NCBI RefSeq assembly: GCF_009914755.1
Contig: NC_060935.1
From: the human T2T-CHM13v2.0 reference genome, Homo sapiens
DNA length: 64,000 bases
Reading direction: 5' to 3' (one strand)
In this document: positions 1 through 18,269 of the stretch, piece by piece
How the letters are laid out: the number at the start of each line of letters is the position of its first letter
Position numbering within the stretch: the stretch's first letter is position 1
Translations under genes and position numbers: made by a program
The notes under the pieces: generated by a model
Seen by the model: the letters and a program-made list of their open reading frames with translations, nothing else
What the model was told of the DNA's origin: nothing
Databases searched by the model: none

Positions 1-59
1 ACAGAATTAATACAGACAAATAAGATAAATCAGTGAAAGTATAGTTACAAGATATGAAT

Positions 60-620
60 GGATAACTCACAAAATAGGAAATATAAATGGCCTTTGATAT
101 GCAAAATATTTCACTCTCATTGTAATCAATAAAATACAAATTAACATAATATCATTTTCCCCTTTCAGACTGGCAAAGATGTTAACAAATATTAATAACC
201 AGGATGACACTGTAGAGAAAGAGGAAACACAGTGTAAATTGGCATAAAATTTCCAGAGGGCACTTTGACAACACTCATCAAAAGCCTTAAAATTAAGCAT
301 CCTTTGATCTAGCAATTTCCTTTACAATAATTTGTTTGATGAAAGTACTCCAACAAATTCATGAAGATCTGTGTATTTAGCATTTACTGTTAGTGATTAT
401 AATAGTAAAAAAACAGTATTAATATAAAAAAATCAATGGAGGATTGATTAAATTAAGGATTAGTGACACAATAGCATGTAATGCATCAATTATTTATTGT
501 TATGAAAATGCTCATGATATATGTGCAAATGATTTCAAATTATGTGTATGATTTTTTTAATTACATATGTGAAATATGTAAAGATACAGAGATTGCTGGT
601 AGTGGTTGGTGTTGGTTATT
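60..620 (+). mobile_element. Ancient L1M (L1ME-like) 3' fragment
   Basis: Degenerate L1 3'-end motifs (tgtaaattggc...ccagagggcactttgac...cctttgatctagcaattt; ggttatttctggg). Boundaries approximate. Confidence 0.6.
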
Positions 621-2827
621 TCTGGGTGATAGAATCCCAGACGCTTTTTACTGATTATTTATAAATAAACAGAAATTAAGAAATCGATCCCATTTGGGAA
701 ATAGTCTTAAATCTTCAGTTGAGATTTTACCCTATATTAACTCCAAAGTTATATATACCCTATATTAACTCCAAACTAGGGACCCTCCTAGTGACCAATG
801 TCAAGCCTACAGGCAGGGGCCAAATTGAAAGGTTGCTACCATAATCTAAATGTATAGTGAGCGAATAATGCTAGTGAAAGAGACAGAGAATGAGCCAATA
901 CAGGTGTCAAAGTTGATGCTGGAGTTTTAGACCTGTCTGACTAGGAGGCTGTTGGCCCAAAGAAGAGATGGTTAACAGAAAGATGCTGGGTCTTTAAGTG
1001 CCCAACACAGAGCCTTAAACATAGCAGCCATTCAAAATTTTTTTAATGGAAGAATGTAGTTCCAGATGATTTCTTATTATGATCAGTATATATGCTCTGT
1101 ACAAAGTATTTTCTGGAGATTCCAAGAAGGCTCTAATAGAGGCAGTTTGATCAACACAAGAAACACCAAAATGGGAGTCAGGAGACCTCTTTTACCCATC
1201 TCCTAGCTGCATGTTTCTGAGCAAATCACTTCACCCTTTAAGGAGTCCGCATTCTGCACAGGCATTTGAATGCTACTGTTTTAGAGAGATCTTCCCTGAT
1301 TTCCGGTCCTCAAGAAAAAGAAAGTAGCTGAGTCCTCCTGTTCTCACTTGTCTGGTTGTCAGAATCCAGTTGGCGCCTAGGAATTCACAAATCTCTGTCC
1401 TTCTTGTCTGGACTTGCCACTGATATAGTTAGTTCCCTTATCACGTTTTGGACTTAACTGACATAAAGAATACGCTAAGGAACCTGCTCAGAACATCGCA
1501 GGATATTGAGCTGGGCCTCTACAAAGGGTCTTAAACCCTGCGCTTAACATTCATTGGGCTCTTACTACCCTTTAGGCCCTGCTCTAAGCACTTTGCATAC
1601 ATGAGTATATCTCACTTCATCATTACTTAGCAAAAGCCGTTCTGATTAACCATAACACAGATAAGTAAAGTGGAGCTTAAAGAAACGAAATGATGGATCC
1701 TGGATCACATAGTGTGGAAATGGTGGAGGCCAGATTCAGACCCAGGAAGGAGACTGGCAGAGGTTTAACAGGTGCAGACGCTGCAAGATCTGCACAAGAG
1801 GCCATAAGAGGTTTTACAGCTTTCTTCACTGAAGTTTTTCACTGTACTTCATTACACAGTGTATACTTATATCAAGTTATTACATTGTACTCCTTGACAA
1901 ATTTTTATTTGTCAACTAAATATGTTTTAAGAGAATAAAAAAAAGAAAGAATGGGAAATATAGTGAACTGGCTGACCTGTTATAGGAGTGTGGACTAATA
2001 ATAGCACAAATGCCCTCTGATTCATGGTGTATGTCTAAATGATGGGGCTAGATTCAGGCTCCAAATTGCTTCCCTGGAGCACTGCGGTGGGCTGTGGCCT
2101 ATTGTTCCTATGTCCACAGGGATTGTACTGCTCCCCACTGTCCTCACCAGTGAAAAGCCCAGAGCTGGGCTTGGATTGCTGACAGGGCTGGCCTAGGCAT
2201 CAGCCTGTTTGCAACAGGGACCAATGCACAGCAAAGCTTTTCACACTCTGCCATCTGAACCAGAAGCCTAGCTTGCTTTTGTCGAGAGTGTTCTTAGGTA
2301 CATAAATATAACAAGGAATTAAATAAAGCACATCTGCAGATTTCCTTCAGGCTTTACATATTCTCTTCCAAATACACGCCTGAGTCTCCAAGGGACAAGC
2401 ACTGGCTCACCTTTCCTGAGCCAGCTGGTAAATAATTTGTATCAGAGTAGATGTCTGAACCCTACAATTCTTGTCACTTCCATATTCTCCATATCCTTTT
2501 TTTTAAAATATTCTCCATATTCTTAAGCTGCAGAGTCAAATTACTGTCATGATGCAAAAAACACCACAGTAGACACAATTTTTTTTGACAATTTAAATCC
2601 TATTTGAACCTCTCAGTTTTGGAGTGAAAACTAACTTTTGAGATGTGATAGATGAGAACCTAACAATTGCTAAAATCCTGGAATAGAAATAAAAGAAAGG
2701 AACTGCCTCTAAAACCTTACAAACTTTGCTTAATTAGTAAAGGAGCAACAAACAATTCATAAGCCCCTACAATAAACATCACACTAAGAAAAAACATTTT
2801 ACTTAAGAGCCTTTAAAACATTCAAAA

Positions 2828-3489
2828 AATAATGTTCCACAATAAACATACGTGGGAATGTGTCTTTATAGTAGCATGATTTATAATCCTTTGAGTACAT
2901 ACCCAGTAATGGGATTGCTGGGTCAAATGGTATTTCTGGTTCTAGATCCTTGAGGAAATCATCACACTGTCTTCCACAATGGTTGAACTAATTTACACTC
3001 CCACCAACAGTGTAAAAGCATTCCTATTTCTCCACAGTCTTGCCAGCATCTGTTGTTTCCTGAGTTTTTAACGATTGCCTTCTAACTGGCGTGAGATGGT
3101 ATCTCATTGTGGTTTTGATTTGCTTTCTCTAATGACCAGTGAAGAATGAGTTCATGTCCTTTGCAGAGACATGGATGAAGCTGGAAACCATCATCCTCAG
3201 CAAACTAACACAGGAACAGAAAACCAAACACTGCATGTTCTCACCCATAAATGGGAGTTGAACAATGAGAACACATGGACACAGGGAGGGGAACATCACA
3301 CACCAGGGCCTACTGGGGGTGGGGGCAAGGGGAGGGAGAGCACTAGGGCAAATACCTAATGCATGGGGGGCTTCAAACCTAGATGACGGGTTGATGGGTG
3401 CAGCAAACCACCATGGCACATGTATACCTATGTAACAAAACTGTACATTCTGCACATGTATACCAGAACTTAAAGTAAAATTTAAAAAA
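2828..3489. mobile_element. 5'-truncated, 5'-inverted L1PA7/8-like element (twin priming)
   Basis: 2828-3141 is minus-strand ORF2 3' sequence. 3142-3489 is a plus-strand ORF2 end plus 3'UTR (aatacctaatgcatgggggg...ttgatgggtgcagcaaaccaccatggcac) ending in a short A tail. Confidence 0.9.
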
Positions 3490-4201
3490 GTTCCTAGTTT
3501 TGATACCTGAAAAAACTTTGCAGAATTCAAACACATTAGAATAAAATTTGATTTTAAAATATTGATTTAAAAGTTGAGTTGAACTAAACTGTCCGATGTA
3601 TTACACACTCCTGATGATTTCAAGTCTAATATTTTAGACTTCCTTGAATTAAATATACTACCTACAAATTATCATTTTAAAATAACTATTTAAAAAATAT
3701 CTGTGGCATTGAAGCTAGAAGCCACTTACTGGCATGTTTTTGCTATCTTGAATGTGTTGTTATCAGGTTCACACAGTGGTATAAATGGGGGGAGTTTGTT
3801 GAATCTGAGTTTTACATAACTTGAGAAAATGGGTTCTTGCAACTTTCCTCTGGGATTTAATACTAATCCTGTTACTGAGGAAATGATGAGGATATTATTC
3901 GAAAAGTCACAGCACTGATACCCTCTTGAAAAACATGAGCACTGTGGCCACAGTGCATTCTATTCTTTCTAGCCTCTGTAAACTCCAGGTAACTCACAGG
4001 TTATTTTCACTCTCAGTAGATAGTTTTATTTGCATACCTTTTCTTAATTATAAAAGGAACATCAGCCTGAAATTACAAGCCCAGTAGAAAGAGTGTTTTA
4101 AGCAGAGGGAACAGCAGGCTGAGGGGCCCAGATGACAGAGAATATGTACTGGAAGAACTGAAAGTCGAGGAGAAAGGTGCTGAATTAGAAAGTACAAACT
4201 A

Positions 4202-5105
4202 GGGGGAGGAGCCAAGATGGCTGAATAGGAACAGTTCCCGTCTACAGCTCCCAGCATGAGCGACACAGAAGACGGTGATTTCTGCATTTCCATCTGAGGT
4301 ACCGGGTTCATCTCACTAGGGAGTGCCAGACAGTGGGCGCAGGTCAGTGGGTGCGCGCACCGTGCACGAGCCGAAGCAGGTCGAGGCATTGCTTCACTTG
4401 GGAAGCGCAAGGGGTCAGGGAGTTCCCTTTCTGAGTCAAAGAAAGGGGTGACGGACGGTACCTGGAAAATCGGGTCACTCCCACCCAAATACTGCGCTTT
4501 TCCGACGGGCTTAAAAAACGGTGCACCACGAGATTATATCCCGCACCTGGCTTGGAGGGTCATACACCCACGGAGTCTCTGATTGCTAGCACAGCAGTCT
4601 GAGATCAAACTGCAAGGCGGCAGCAAGGCTGGGGGAGGGGCGCCCGCCATTGCCCAGGCTTGATTAGGTAAACAAAGCAGCCTGGAAGTTCCAACTGGGC
4701 GGAGCCCACCACAGCTCAAGGAGGCCTGCCTGCCTCTGTAGGCTCCACCTCTGGGGACAGGGCACAGACAAACAAAAAGACAGCAGTAACCTCTGCAGAC
4801 CTAAATGTCCCTGTCTGACAGCTTTGAAGAGAGCAGTGGTTCTCCCAGCATGCAGCTGGAGATCTGAGAACGGGCAGACTGCCTCCTCAAGTGGGTCCCT
4901 GACCCCTGACCCCCGAGCAGCCTAACTGGGAGGCACTCCAAAGGAGGGGCACACTGACACCTCACACTGCAGGGTATTCCAACAGACCTGCAGCTGAGGG
5001 TCCTGTCTGTTAGAAGGAAAACTAACAAACAGAAAGGACATCCACACCAAAAACCCATCTGTACATCACCATCATCAAAGACCAAAAGTAGATAAAACCA
5101 CAAAG
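4202..5105. promoter_or_regulatory. L1 5'UTR sense and antisense promoter
   Basis: CpG-rich L1 5'UTR with the YY1 core CAAGATGGC near its 5' end. Promoter activity is known for the family and not shown for this copy. Confidence 0.8.
4435..4650 (-). pseudogene. L1 ORF0, frameshifted
   Basis: MAGAPPPALLPPCSLISDCCASNQR starts at 4650. The remainder (VHRFLSPSEKRSIWVGVTRFSR) lies in another frame. Confidence 0.8.
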
Positions 5106-6123
5106 ATGGGGAAAAAACAGAACAGAAAAACTGGAAACTCTAAAACGCAGAGCGCCTCTCCTCCTCCAAAGGAACGCAGTTCCTCACCAGCAACGGAACA
5201 AAGCTGGATGGAGAATGACTTTGACGAGCTGAGAGAAGAAGGCTTCAGACGATCAAATTACTCTGAGCTATGGGAGGACATTCAAACCAAAGGCAAAGAA
5301 GTTGAAAACTTTGAAAAAAATTTAGAAGAATGTATAACTAGAATAACCAATACAGAGAAGTGCTTAAAGGAGCTGATGGAGCTGAAAACCAAGGCTCGAG
5401 AACTACATGAAGAATGCAGAAGCCTCAGGAGTCAATGCAATCAACTGGAAGAAAGGGTATCAGTGATGGAAGATGAAATGAATGAAATGAAGCGAGAAGG
5501 GAAGTTTAGAGAAAAAAGAATAAAAAGAAATGAACAAAGCCTCCAAGAAATATGGGACTATATGAAAAGACCAAATCTACGTCTGATAGGTGTACCTGAA
5601 AGTGATGGGGAGAATGGAACCAAGTTGGAAAACACTCTTCAGGATATTACCCAGGAGAACTTCCCCAATCTAGCAAGGCAGGCCAACGTTCAGATTCAGG
5701 AAATACAGAGAACACCACAAAGATACTCCTAGAGAAGAGCAACTCCAAGACACATAATTGTCAGATTCACCAAAGTTGAAATGAAGGAAAAAATGTTAAG
5801 GGCAGCCAGAGAGAAAGGTCGGGTTACCCTCAAAGGGAAGCCCATCAGACTAACAGCGGATATCTCGGGCAGAAACCCTACAAGCCAGAAGAGAGTGGGG
5901 GCCAATATTCAACATTCTTAAAGACAAGAATTTTCAACCCAGAATTTCATATCCAACCAAACTAAGCTTCATAAGCGAAGGAGAAATAAAATACTTTGCA
6001 GACAAGCAAATGCTGAGACATTTTGTCACCACTAGGCCTGCCCTAAAAGAGCTCCTGAAGGAAGCGCTAAACATGGAAAGGAACAACCGGTACCAGCCGC
6101 TGCAAAATCATGCCAAAATGTGA
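5106..6123 (+). pseudogene. L1 ORF1p, disrupted
   Basis: MGKKQNRKTGNSKTQSASPPPKERSSSP start. Premature TAG at 5730-5732 (208 aa) and an apparent +1 insertion near 5868. Confidence 0.95.
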
Positions 6124-6171
6124 AGACCATCAAGACTAGGAAGAAACTGCATCAACTAACGAGCAAAATAA

Positions 6172-10015
<3,844 letters not shown>

Positions 10016-10535
10016 ACAATGAGATCACATGGACACAGGAAGGGGAATATCACACTCTGGGGACTGTTGTGGGGTGGGGGGAGGGGGGAGGGATAGCATT
10101 GGGAGATATACCTAATGCTAGATGACGAGTTAGTGGGTGCAGTGCACCAGCATGGCACATGTATACATATGTAACTAACCTGCACAATGTGCACATGTAC
10201 CCTAAAACTTAAAGTATAATAAAAAAAAGAAAAGAAAGTACAAACTAGGGAATGGCAGGAATTGAGGCTATAGATGCTGTGAAGGACAGATGATGCAAGG
10301 CCATATTAAGGAGTTTGGACTTTATCCTAAAAGCAATGTGAATTTACTAGACTTTCAAGCAGAGGACTAACAGACAAAAATGCATTTTAGAAAGGTTAGT
10401 CTGACCAGTGTGGGAGGTGAACAAGACAGAGATAAGACTAAAGGCAAAAAGAATTATTACAGTTATGCTCACGTAGCAGTCATACAAGAGCAAGATGATG
10501 GGATGAACAATAATGATGGGATGGAGAGACATGGA

Positions 10536-10838
10536 TTTTTTTTTTTTTTTTTTTTTTTGGAGACAGAGTCTTGCTCTGTCGCCAGGCTCGAGTGCAGTGG
10601 TGCAATATAGCTCGCTGCAACCTCCGCCTCCCAGGTTCAAGGGATTCTCCTGCCTCAACCTCCCGAGTAGCTAGGACTACAGGCCCCTGCCACCACGCCC
10701 AGCTAATATTTTGTATTTTTAGTAGAGATGGGGTTTCACCATGTTAGCCAGGACAGACTCGATCTCCTGACCTCGTGACCCGCCCGCCTCAGCCTCCCAA
10801 AGTGCTGGGATTACAGGCGTGAGCCAGCGCGCCCAGCC
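10536..10838 (-). mobile_element. Alu (AluSc-like)
   Basis: Poly-T followed by an antisense Alu dimer, with ctgtcgccagg and gacctcgtga diagnostics. Confidence 0.9.
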
Positions 10839-11183
10839 AGGTTTTAAAAAAAATTATGAATTACTTACATGCTATATTTTTGCCATCACTTTATTGCTAA
10901 AATTTATCAGTTATTTTGCTTTAGTTGAGTCCCTTGTAAACAGCTTATATTTAAATTTTACTTTTGATATAATTTGAGAATATTCATCTTTTAATTCAAA
11001 TCTAAATTACTCACATTTATTTTTATAAATATGGCATTTGGTCAAACTTTATCATCATATTTTTCTATTAGTATGTTTTCATTTTCCTAATTTTACACTT
11101 TTTTGCTTTTTCTTTTTTCTAACTTTGCGCTAGTGATTATCTTTCCTTCATATTTTACTTGCTAGTTACTGGTTATCTGTGAT

Positions 11184-11774
<591 letters not shown>

Positions 11775-11980
11775 TGTGATTTTAAACATTGCATTTGAAT
11801 TTGAATCACTTTCCAGAATACATCATGATTTTTACATACACCCTATAAAAGAAACAGTTTATCACACGTTTGCCTCCTCACTTATCTCCCTATAACCCCA
11901 AGTCCCAATGATCTGAATATTTTAGATTCATATCACAATTTTTTTTAACAATGCATCTTCTCTTTTAAAAATCACAGATG

Positions 11981-12279
<299 letters not shown>

Positions 12280-13728
12280 TCACTTATGAACCTATATGTT
12301 ATTTCAAAATCATATGAACAGGAATTATTTAAACAATTATTTCAGAGGAGTTATTATTTATCACCTTTTCTTTCTACCACATCTTTCACTTTCTTGAGTC
12401 AATCCTTTTTTCTAAATATTTTCTTTAATTTTGTTTTTGTCTGACATTCAATGAGCCTTTCTAACCTGAAGATACGAAGTTTTCATTAGCTCAGGAAACA
12501 TTTATTTTATTTATTTGTATCATTGATTCCCCTAACTGTTCTGTTCTTTCCTTCTAAAAGAAAAAAAATTTCAGGAACATTTACTCTAGATTTCAATTTT
12601 GCTCCAACATTTATTACTGTCTTGAGAACCTCTATGACAATTTAGGTCAAGGGACAATTTATTCAAAAAAGAACAAACCATCTACAAATTCTCTTATCAT
12701 GTGAGCCTCACTCCCATTCCGCATCCAGTGTGGTTTCCCACAAAGAGGTTTGGAGAAGAGAATCAATGGAGGTGGAAATCTTTGGTCCAGCAGTTGGATG
12801 AGTCACAGGACCTTTTGGCCCATCTATTTGTTTCAGAAGGAACAAGCATAATATGTGTGTGCAGATTTCAACACTACATGGACAATAGCACAGCTGTTAT
12901 TGTTGTGTATTCTTCTGCAAGAGGCCATGAACCCAAAAGCCTTGTGGTGAGGGGTTAAGACTAAGATTTTATTTCTTCTTTGTTAGTTGTTCTTTGTTTA
13001 GTTTCTTCTTTGTGCTTAAAAATATATGAAGTCATTACATGTGAAAAAAATAGATGTACATTATTTTAAGGTCCCATTCTGTAAAACGTGGTACAAATAT
13101 GCATTAAATGAGAGACCTCAGTATAATTTAACTATCAGTGTTCAAGTTCAGTTTTTTCAACTCTGTATCTCCTCATTCTTGATTTAATATTTGGTTCATT
13201 TCTTGCCAAAATAATTATGTCTTTGAATAACTTTCAATGAAATGTGCATAAATAATTCATTTTCAGAGGCCGTATTTAAGTGAGACTATATCTATTCTCT
13301 TATCACATAAATTGCTGGCTCATAAACATTTCCCACAAAGTTCTTTAGACTTCTTCAAACTATTTGATTTCTGTCCCTTGTGAAATTCAAAAACTTCACC
13401 AATCTGCCCCCATGTGGGTCTCTTCTCATTATTATTTTTGCCTGAAATACAGGGAATATTCTCATTCTATAGAATCACATTTTTTTAGTTTATGAAATTT
13501 TCTTTAATCTATTATGGCTTCTGATTCACAGTAAATAAATGCTTCCTCAGAGATGCCTATTATCTGTATGTTGGATCTTCAGACTCTGTACTCCTTATTT
13601 TTCATCATCTCTCTTTCATCATTTTTTGCTCATATTACTTTCTGCATTGTGGAAGAGTCTCTCAACTTTGTGTATCTAGCACTAATTCAATAATATGCAA
13701 TACCCATGTTTCACTTTCACATAATTAA

Positions 13729-14150
<422 letters not shown>

Positions 14151-14879
14151 AAGATTTTTTATTTTTATCTTTCATGTATTGTTTCATTTAACAATGTTTT
14201 GGATTTTTATAAATAAAATGTATGTTGTTTCTAGTATGTTTTATTTTCTTATCATAAAATTTAGTATTTATATTTCTGTGTCTTCAGTAATTAGCCTTAC
14301 CTAGTCCCTGTACCAATGAAAAAATAGAATGTGTCCATCCACCTCTATTTCTGCAGCACTGCTCTGTGAGTCATGCTGAATACTATTCTTATTTCTGACT
14401 TCCTTTGAAATCCTCTTGAACAGAATTGAGCAAGAGGTGAGGCTAGGAAGGGGTGCAGTAATAATGATGGTAGCCACCATGCATTTAGAGTGCTCTAGGC
14501 AGAAGCAGACAGGAATGATAGAATTTTATGTGACTCATCTCCTCACAGAAAGTCAATGCAGTGTGAAGAAAATAAAGTTAAATAGAGTAAATATAAACAC
14601 AGTCAACAGTGTTAAGCCTTTTTAAGCAGAAAAACCCTATTTTTAAAATAAAAATGTCACATAGATTTCCAATAAGAAGAAAAGGAAAAAAGCACACTTA
14701 ACAATAATTCTTCCATGAACATAAAAGTCACACAAGTTGTATCTGAAACTTGCACTCCATTCCTGTGCCCTACCAGGGTTAAGTCAAAGTATCATGGAGA
14801 TAAGTATGGAAATAAGGGCCCTCTCCAATCAGAGCTGTCCTCAGAAAAACTGCATAATTATTAATGCTATTATTATTAT

Positions 14880-17800
14880 GCATATTTATTATTAAACCTA
14901 GGAAATGAAAAACAAACTGCACATTCAACTCAGAAAGCAAGAAGAACAAAATATATAAAAGTCAAAGTAAGAAGTTATGATAAGAAGAAGAAAACTAGTT
15001 AGAAAAACAGGAGTATAATAGGATATACAACTAGTTCTAAAGGCTGGGCCTTCTATTTTAAAACTCATTAAACAGGAAAATCTCCAAAAAATCTAATTAA
15101 GAAAAATGCAAAAATTTAAAGACACAATATTAGAAATAAGAAAAAAGCTGTATAGCAGCTACTGAAACTTTAAGAAGTATATAAGAACACAGTACTTAGC
15201 ACTTGCACTGTGCATAATCACTATTAAAAATAGCAGAAGTGTGGGAGATGTGGAAGTTTTATTTACAAGATTTCCAAATTCGTTCTTTGAGACTAACATA
15301 GCCTTGATGTCACAGCCAGAAACACACACACACAAAAACTATAACCCAATATCAGTTGTGAAGATAAAGCCAAAAGTTCTAAGTCCAACACGTGCCATTT
15401 GAATTCAATACATTATGTATTAAACAGTCCACACCATGACCAGGTAAGGTTTATTTCAGAGGGTCAGATATGAATAGAAACTATGTCAATTAATTAATTC
15501 TACTAAGGAAGAAAAACGAGAAAACATGTTAATTTTAGACTTGAAGCAATAAAAGCATTCTCAAAATGTAAGAAAAAAAGAAAGGCTGTGACCATGATCA
15601 CAGCCATCAAGCAACATGATCTGGGAGAGGCTAGCTATTGCCTATGATGAAAAACTAATATTATCTTATTTTTATGAATCATAACAAGTAATACAAGGTT
15701 ATTGTTTTAAAATATTAAACAAATAAATGATATAGACTTCCACAACTCACTTTCTGGAGATAACCACTATTGAACCACTATACATGAAAATATTCATGTA
15801 TTCTCTTCCAGGGTATTTTTGTTCCTCAAACTTTTAATTGCATCAATAAATATGTGGTTATAGAAACTAAAATATTTTAACAATACATTGAGATAAAAAG
15901 TAAAAATCCCTCTTACTCCTCCCTGCTATTACTTACCTCATGGAAACAAGAGTTCACAATTTGATATGCATACTTCTGAAACTCTTCTGCATTTCATATA
16001 TAGGATATGCAAATATTATCTTTCTTAAATATTTGAGATCTATGATCTATAAATATGTATATATACATATACAAATAACATATATATGCACACATATTAT
16101 ATGTATATATATTTCTCTGCCTTGCTTTTTTCACTTAAATTTAAATCTGAACTCTTTATGCAGCTGAATTAGAGAAGCCCAGCTGGATTTATGACCTAGC
16201 AGGTCTTTTGACAGTGCAAAGGCTTCCCCTGCAGGTCTTACTATAGAGAACACAGAATACATTATCTGGTTCGAAGAGAGAATAAATAAATGACTAGTCC
16301 AGTCTCTTCTGATCTCACCAATCAGATAAGTCATCACTCTTTTCATGTCTTCACATGTCATTGTGAGATGAAGAGAAGTGTGGAAACCATTTTCCCCTAC
16401 TTCTTAAAGGGTGAATATTTCTGTTTCTAGGGCCAAAGCAGGAAGGTAGGGAGAGGAACTAAGATAATTCCAACCACACGGGACATAGAATATAGCACAG
16501 AAGTACTACAATTTATTTAATCATTTGCCTATTAACATTTTTTGTTACAAATATTGCCATAATAAACAGTAGGATAATGAATGCTTCTGGAATAAGACTG
16601 CTAAAAGTAGAATTGCTGGATCACAGAGCATATACACTTTTATTTTTATATATTGTTTTATATTTTAATTCTAAAACCAAAACATGAATATGGCTTTAAA
16701 AGTTCCAAAAGTACAGCAGAGTAGAAAAATTGAAAACCATTATCTCCCTTTAAAATTTCTATTGGCCACCATAAAAACTCCAACATTTATTATACCACTA
16801 TTTTCCTGATTTATCAATCTAAGATCTTAGTTGCTGCCTCCCAGCTATAAAAGATAAAAAGGCAGTACATTTAAACTATGATCCATCTTCTCTCACACCA
16901 AAGCCAAAATCCATTCTCAATATCTCTCTCTGAAGTATATAAAGGATGTGATACTAAAGGTTATGTAAATGCCCAACAGACTGTCTAGAAACAAATGCAT
17001 ATCAAGGCTTATCATTGTGAAACTTCTGACAAAGGAGGCAGAAAATGGATTTTGCTAGATTCCAGAGAGAGGAAAATAAATACCACAAGCTTTATTAGCA
17101 ATGAGAATGGCTTTAAGACTTTCAGTAGCAATATGGGAAGCTGAAAGACAATGGAACAATAATTCAAAATGCTTTTTTAAAAAGTGATTTCCAACTTAGA
17201 ATTTTATAACCATCCAAGGGCCAGGGTAGAATGCAGAGCTTTTTAGATGAACAAGATCTGAAAATGTTTACCTCCCACACACCCTTTCTCAGGAAACAAC
17301 TTGAAAATGTGCTTCATCAAAATAGGAGAGTGAAGCAATAAAGACATTAAATACCAGAGACACTCCCAAGATAAAGGTAAAGAAGACTCCAAGATAATAG
17401 CTATGCATCAAATAGGTGTGGAAGCATGTTAGGAAACACCAGTAAGGAAACACCAGGGACTCTCCAAAATGATGAAATTCATAGAATATCTGATATGAAG
17501 TAACATACTGAGAGAATTTTTAAACAACCAGAGGAGAAGAATTTGGAGATTGAATTAGCAGTATAGTTTCCTACTTAACTATAGAAAAAATAGAAAGTTA
17601 TTTAGTTAAGTTGGCTCAGGTAAAAAAGAGTCATTATTTACTACATATCTCGGTTCTGAATTACATACATTGTCATGATAATTTAAAACTAAATATTGAT
17701 CTAATTTATATTAAAGAGTAGCAATATTAGGAGTGAAATAACAAGAAATTAGCTGTGTAGAGTGGGAAAGAGAGAGGAATGAGAGGTAAATACTCATCTT

Positions 17801-18000
17801 TTATAACAGGAAGTCAATGGATAGTGCTTAAACCAAAAAAAAAAAAAAAAAGAAATAATAATGCAAGCTTGATTTTTAAAGATATAATGATAAACAAATT
17901 ATCCAACTAAAAAATAATTTAAAATGCTCAACTGTGGGGTAGGAGAAAAAAGGGAGAAAGGAGACTGAATACACTAATTTTTAACTTTTAAAATTAAATT
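14880..18000 (+). mobile_element. Patchwork of very old L1M fragments
   Basis: A-rich degenerate ORF2-like (14.9-15.5 kb) and ORF1-like (16.9-17.4 kb) sequence. Boundaries unclear. Confidence 0.5.
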
Positions 18001-18269
18001 AATATTAAAATGTGCAATTTTGACTTTGGTAAAGACAAACATTTTGAAAATTTTAATATAATGCATAATGATCCCATTAATGATAACAACAAATGCAGCA
18101 TCAAAAGAAATATTCAAAACTTCTGTTAAAACAAGCAAGCAAACAAATGATATCACTTTACACACAAATGTAAGTACCTAAATAAATAGAAATGTGTTTC
18201 ACATGAGAAAATTCAATATTACAAATATAATTATCATCTATTTCACTTATATATTTAAATAATTTCTCA

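Noticed and set aside
12630-12960. GC-richer island with an 85-aa ORF and a minus-strand AATAAA near a TG/CA end
   Set aside because: Possibly an old LTR, but I could not identify a family, TSD or parent gene.
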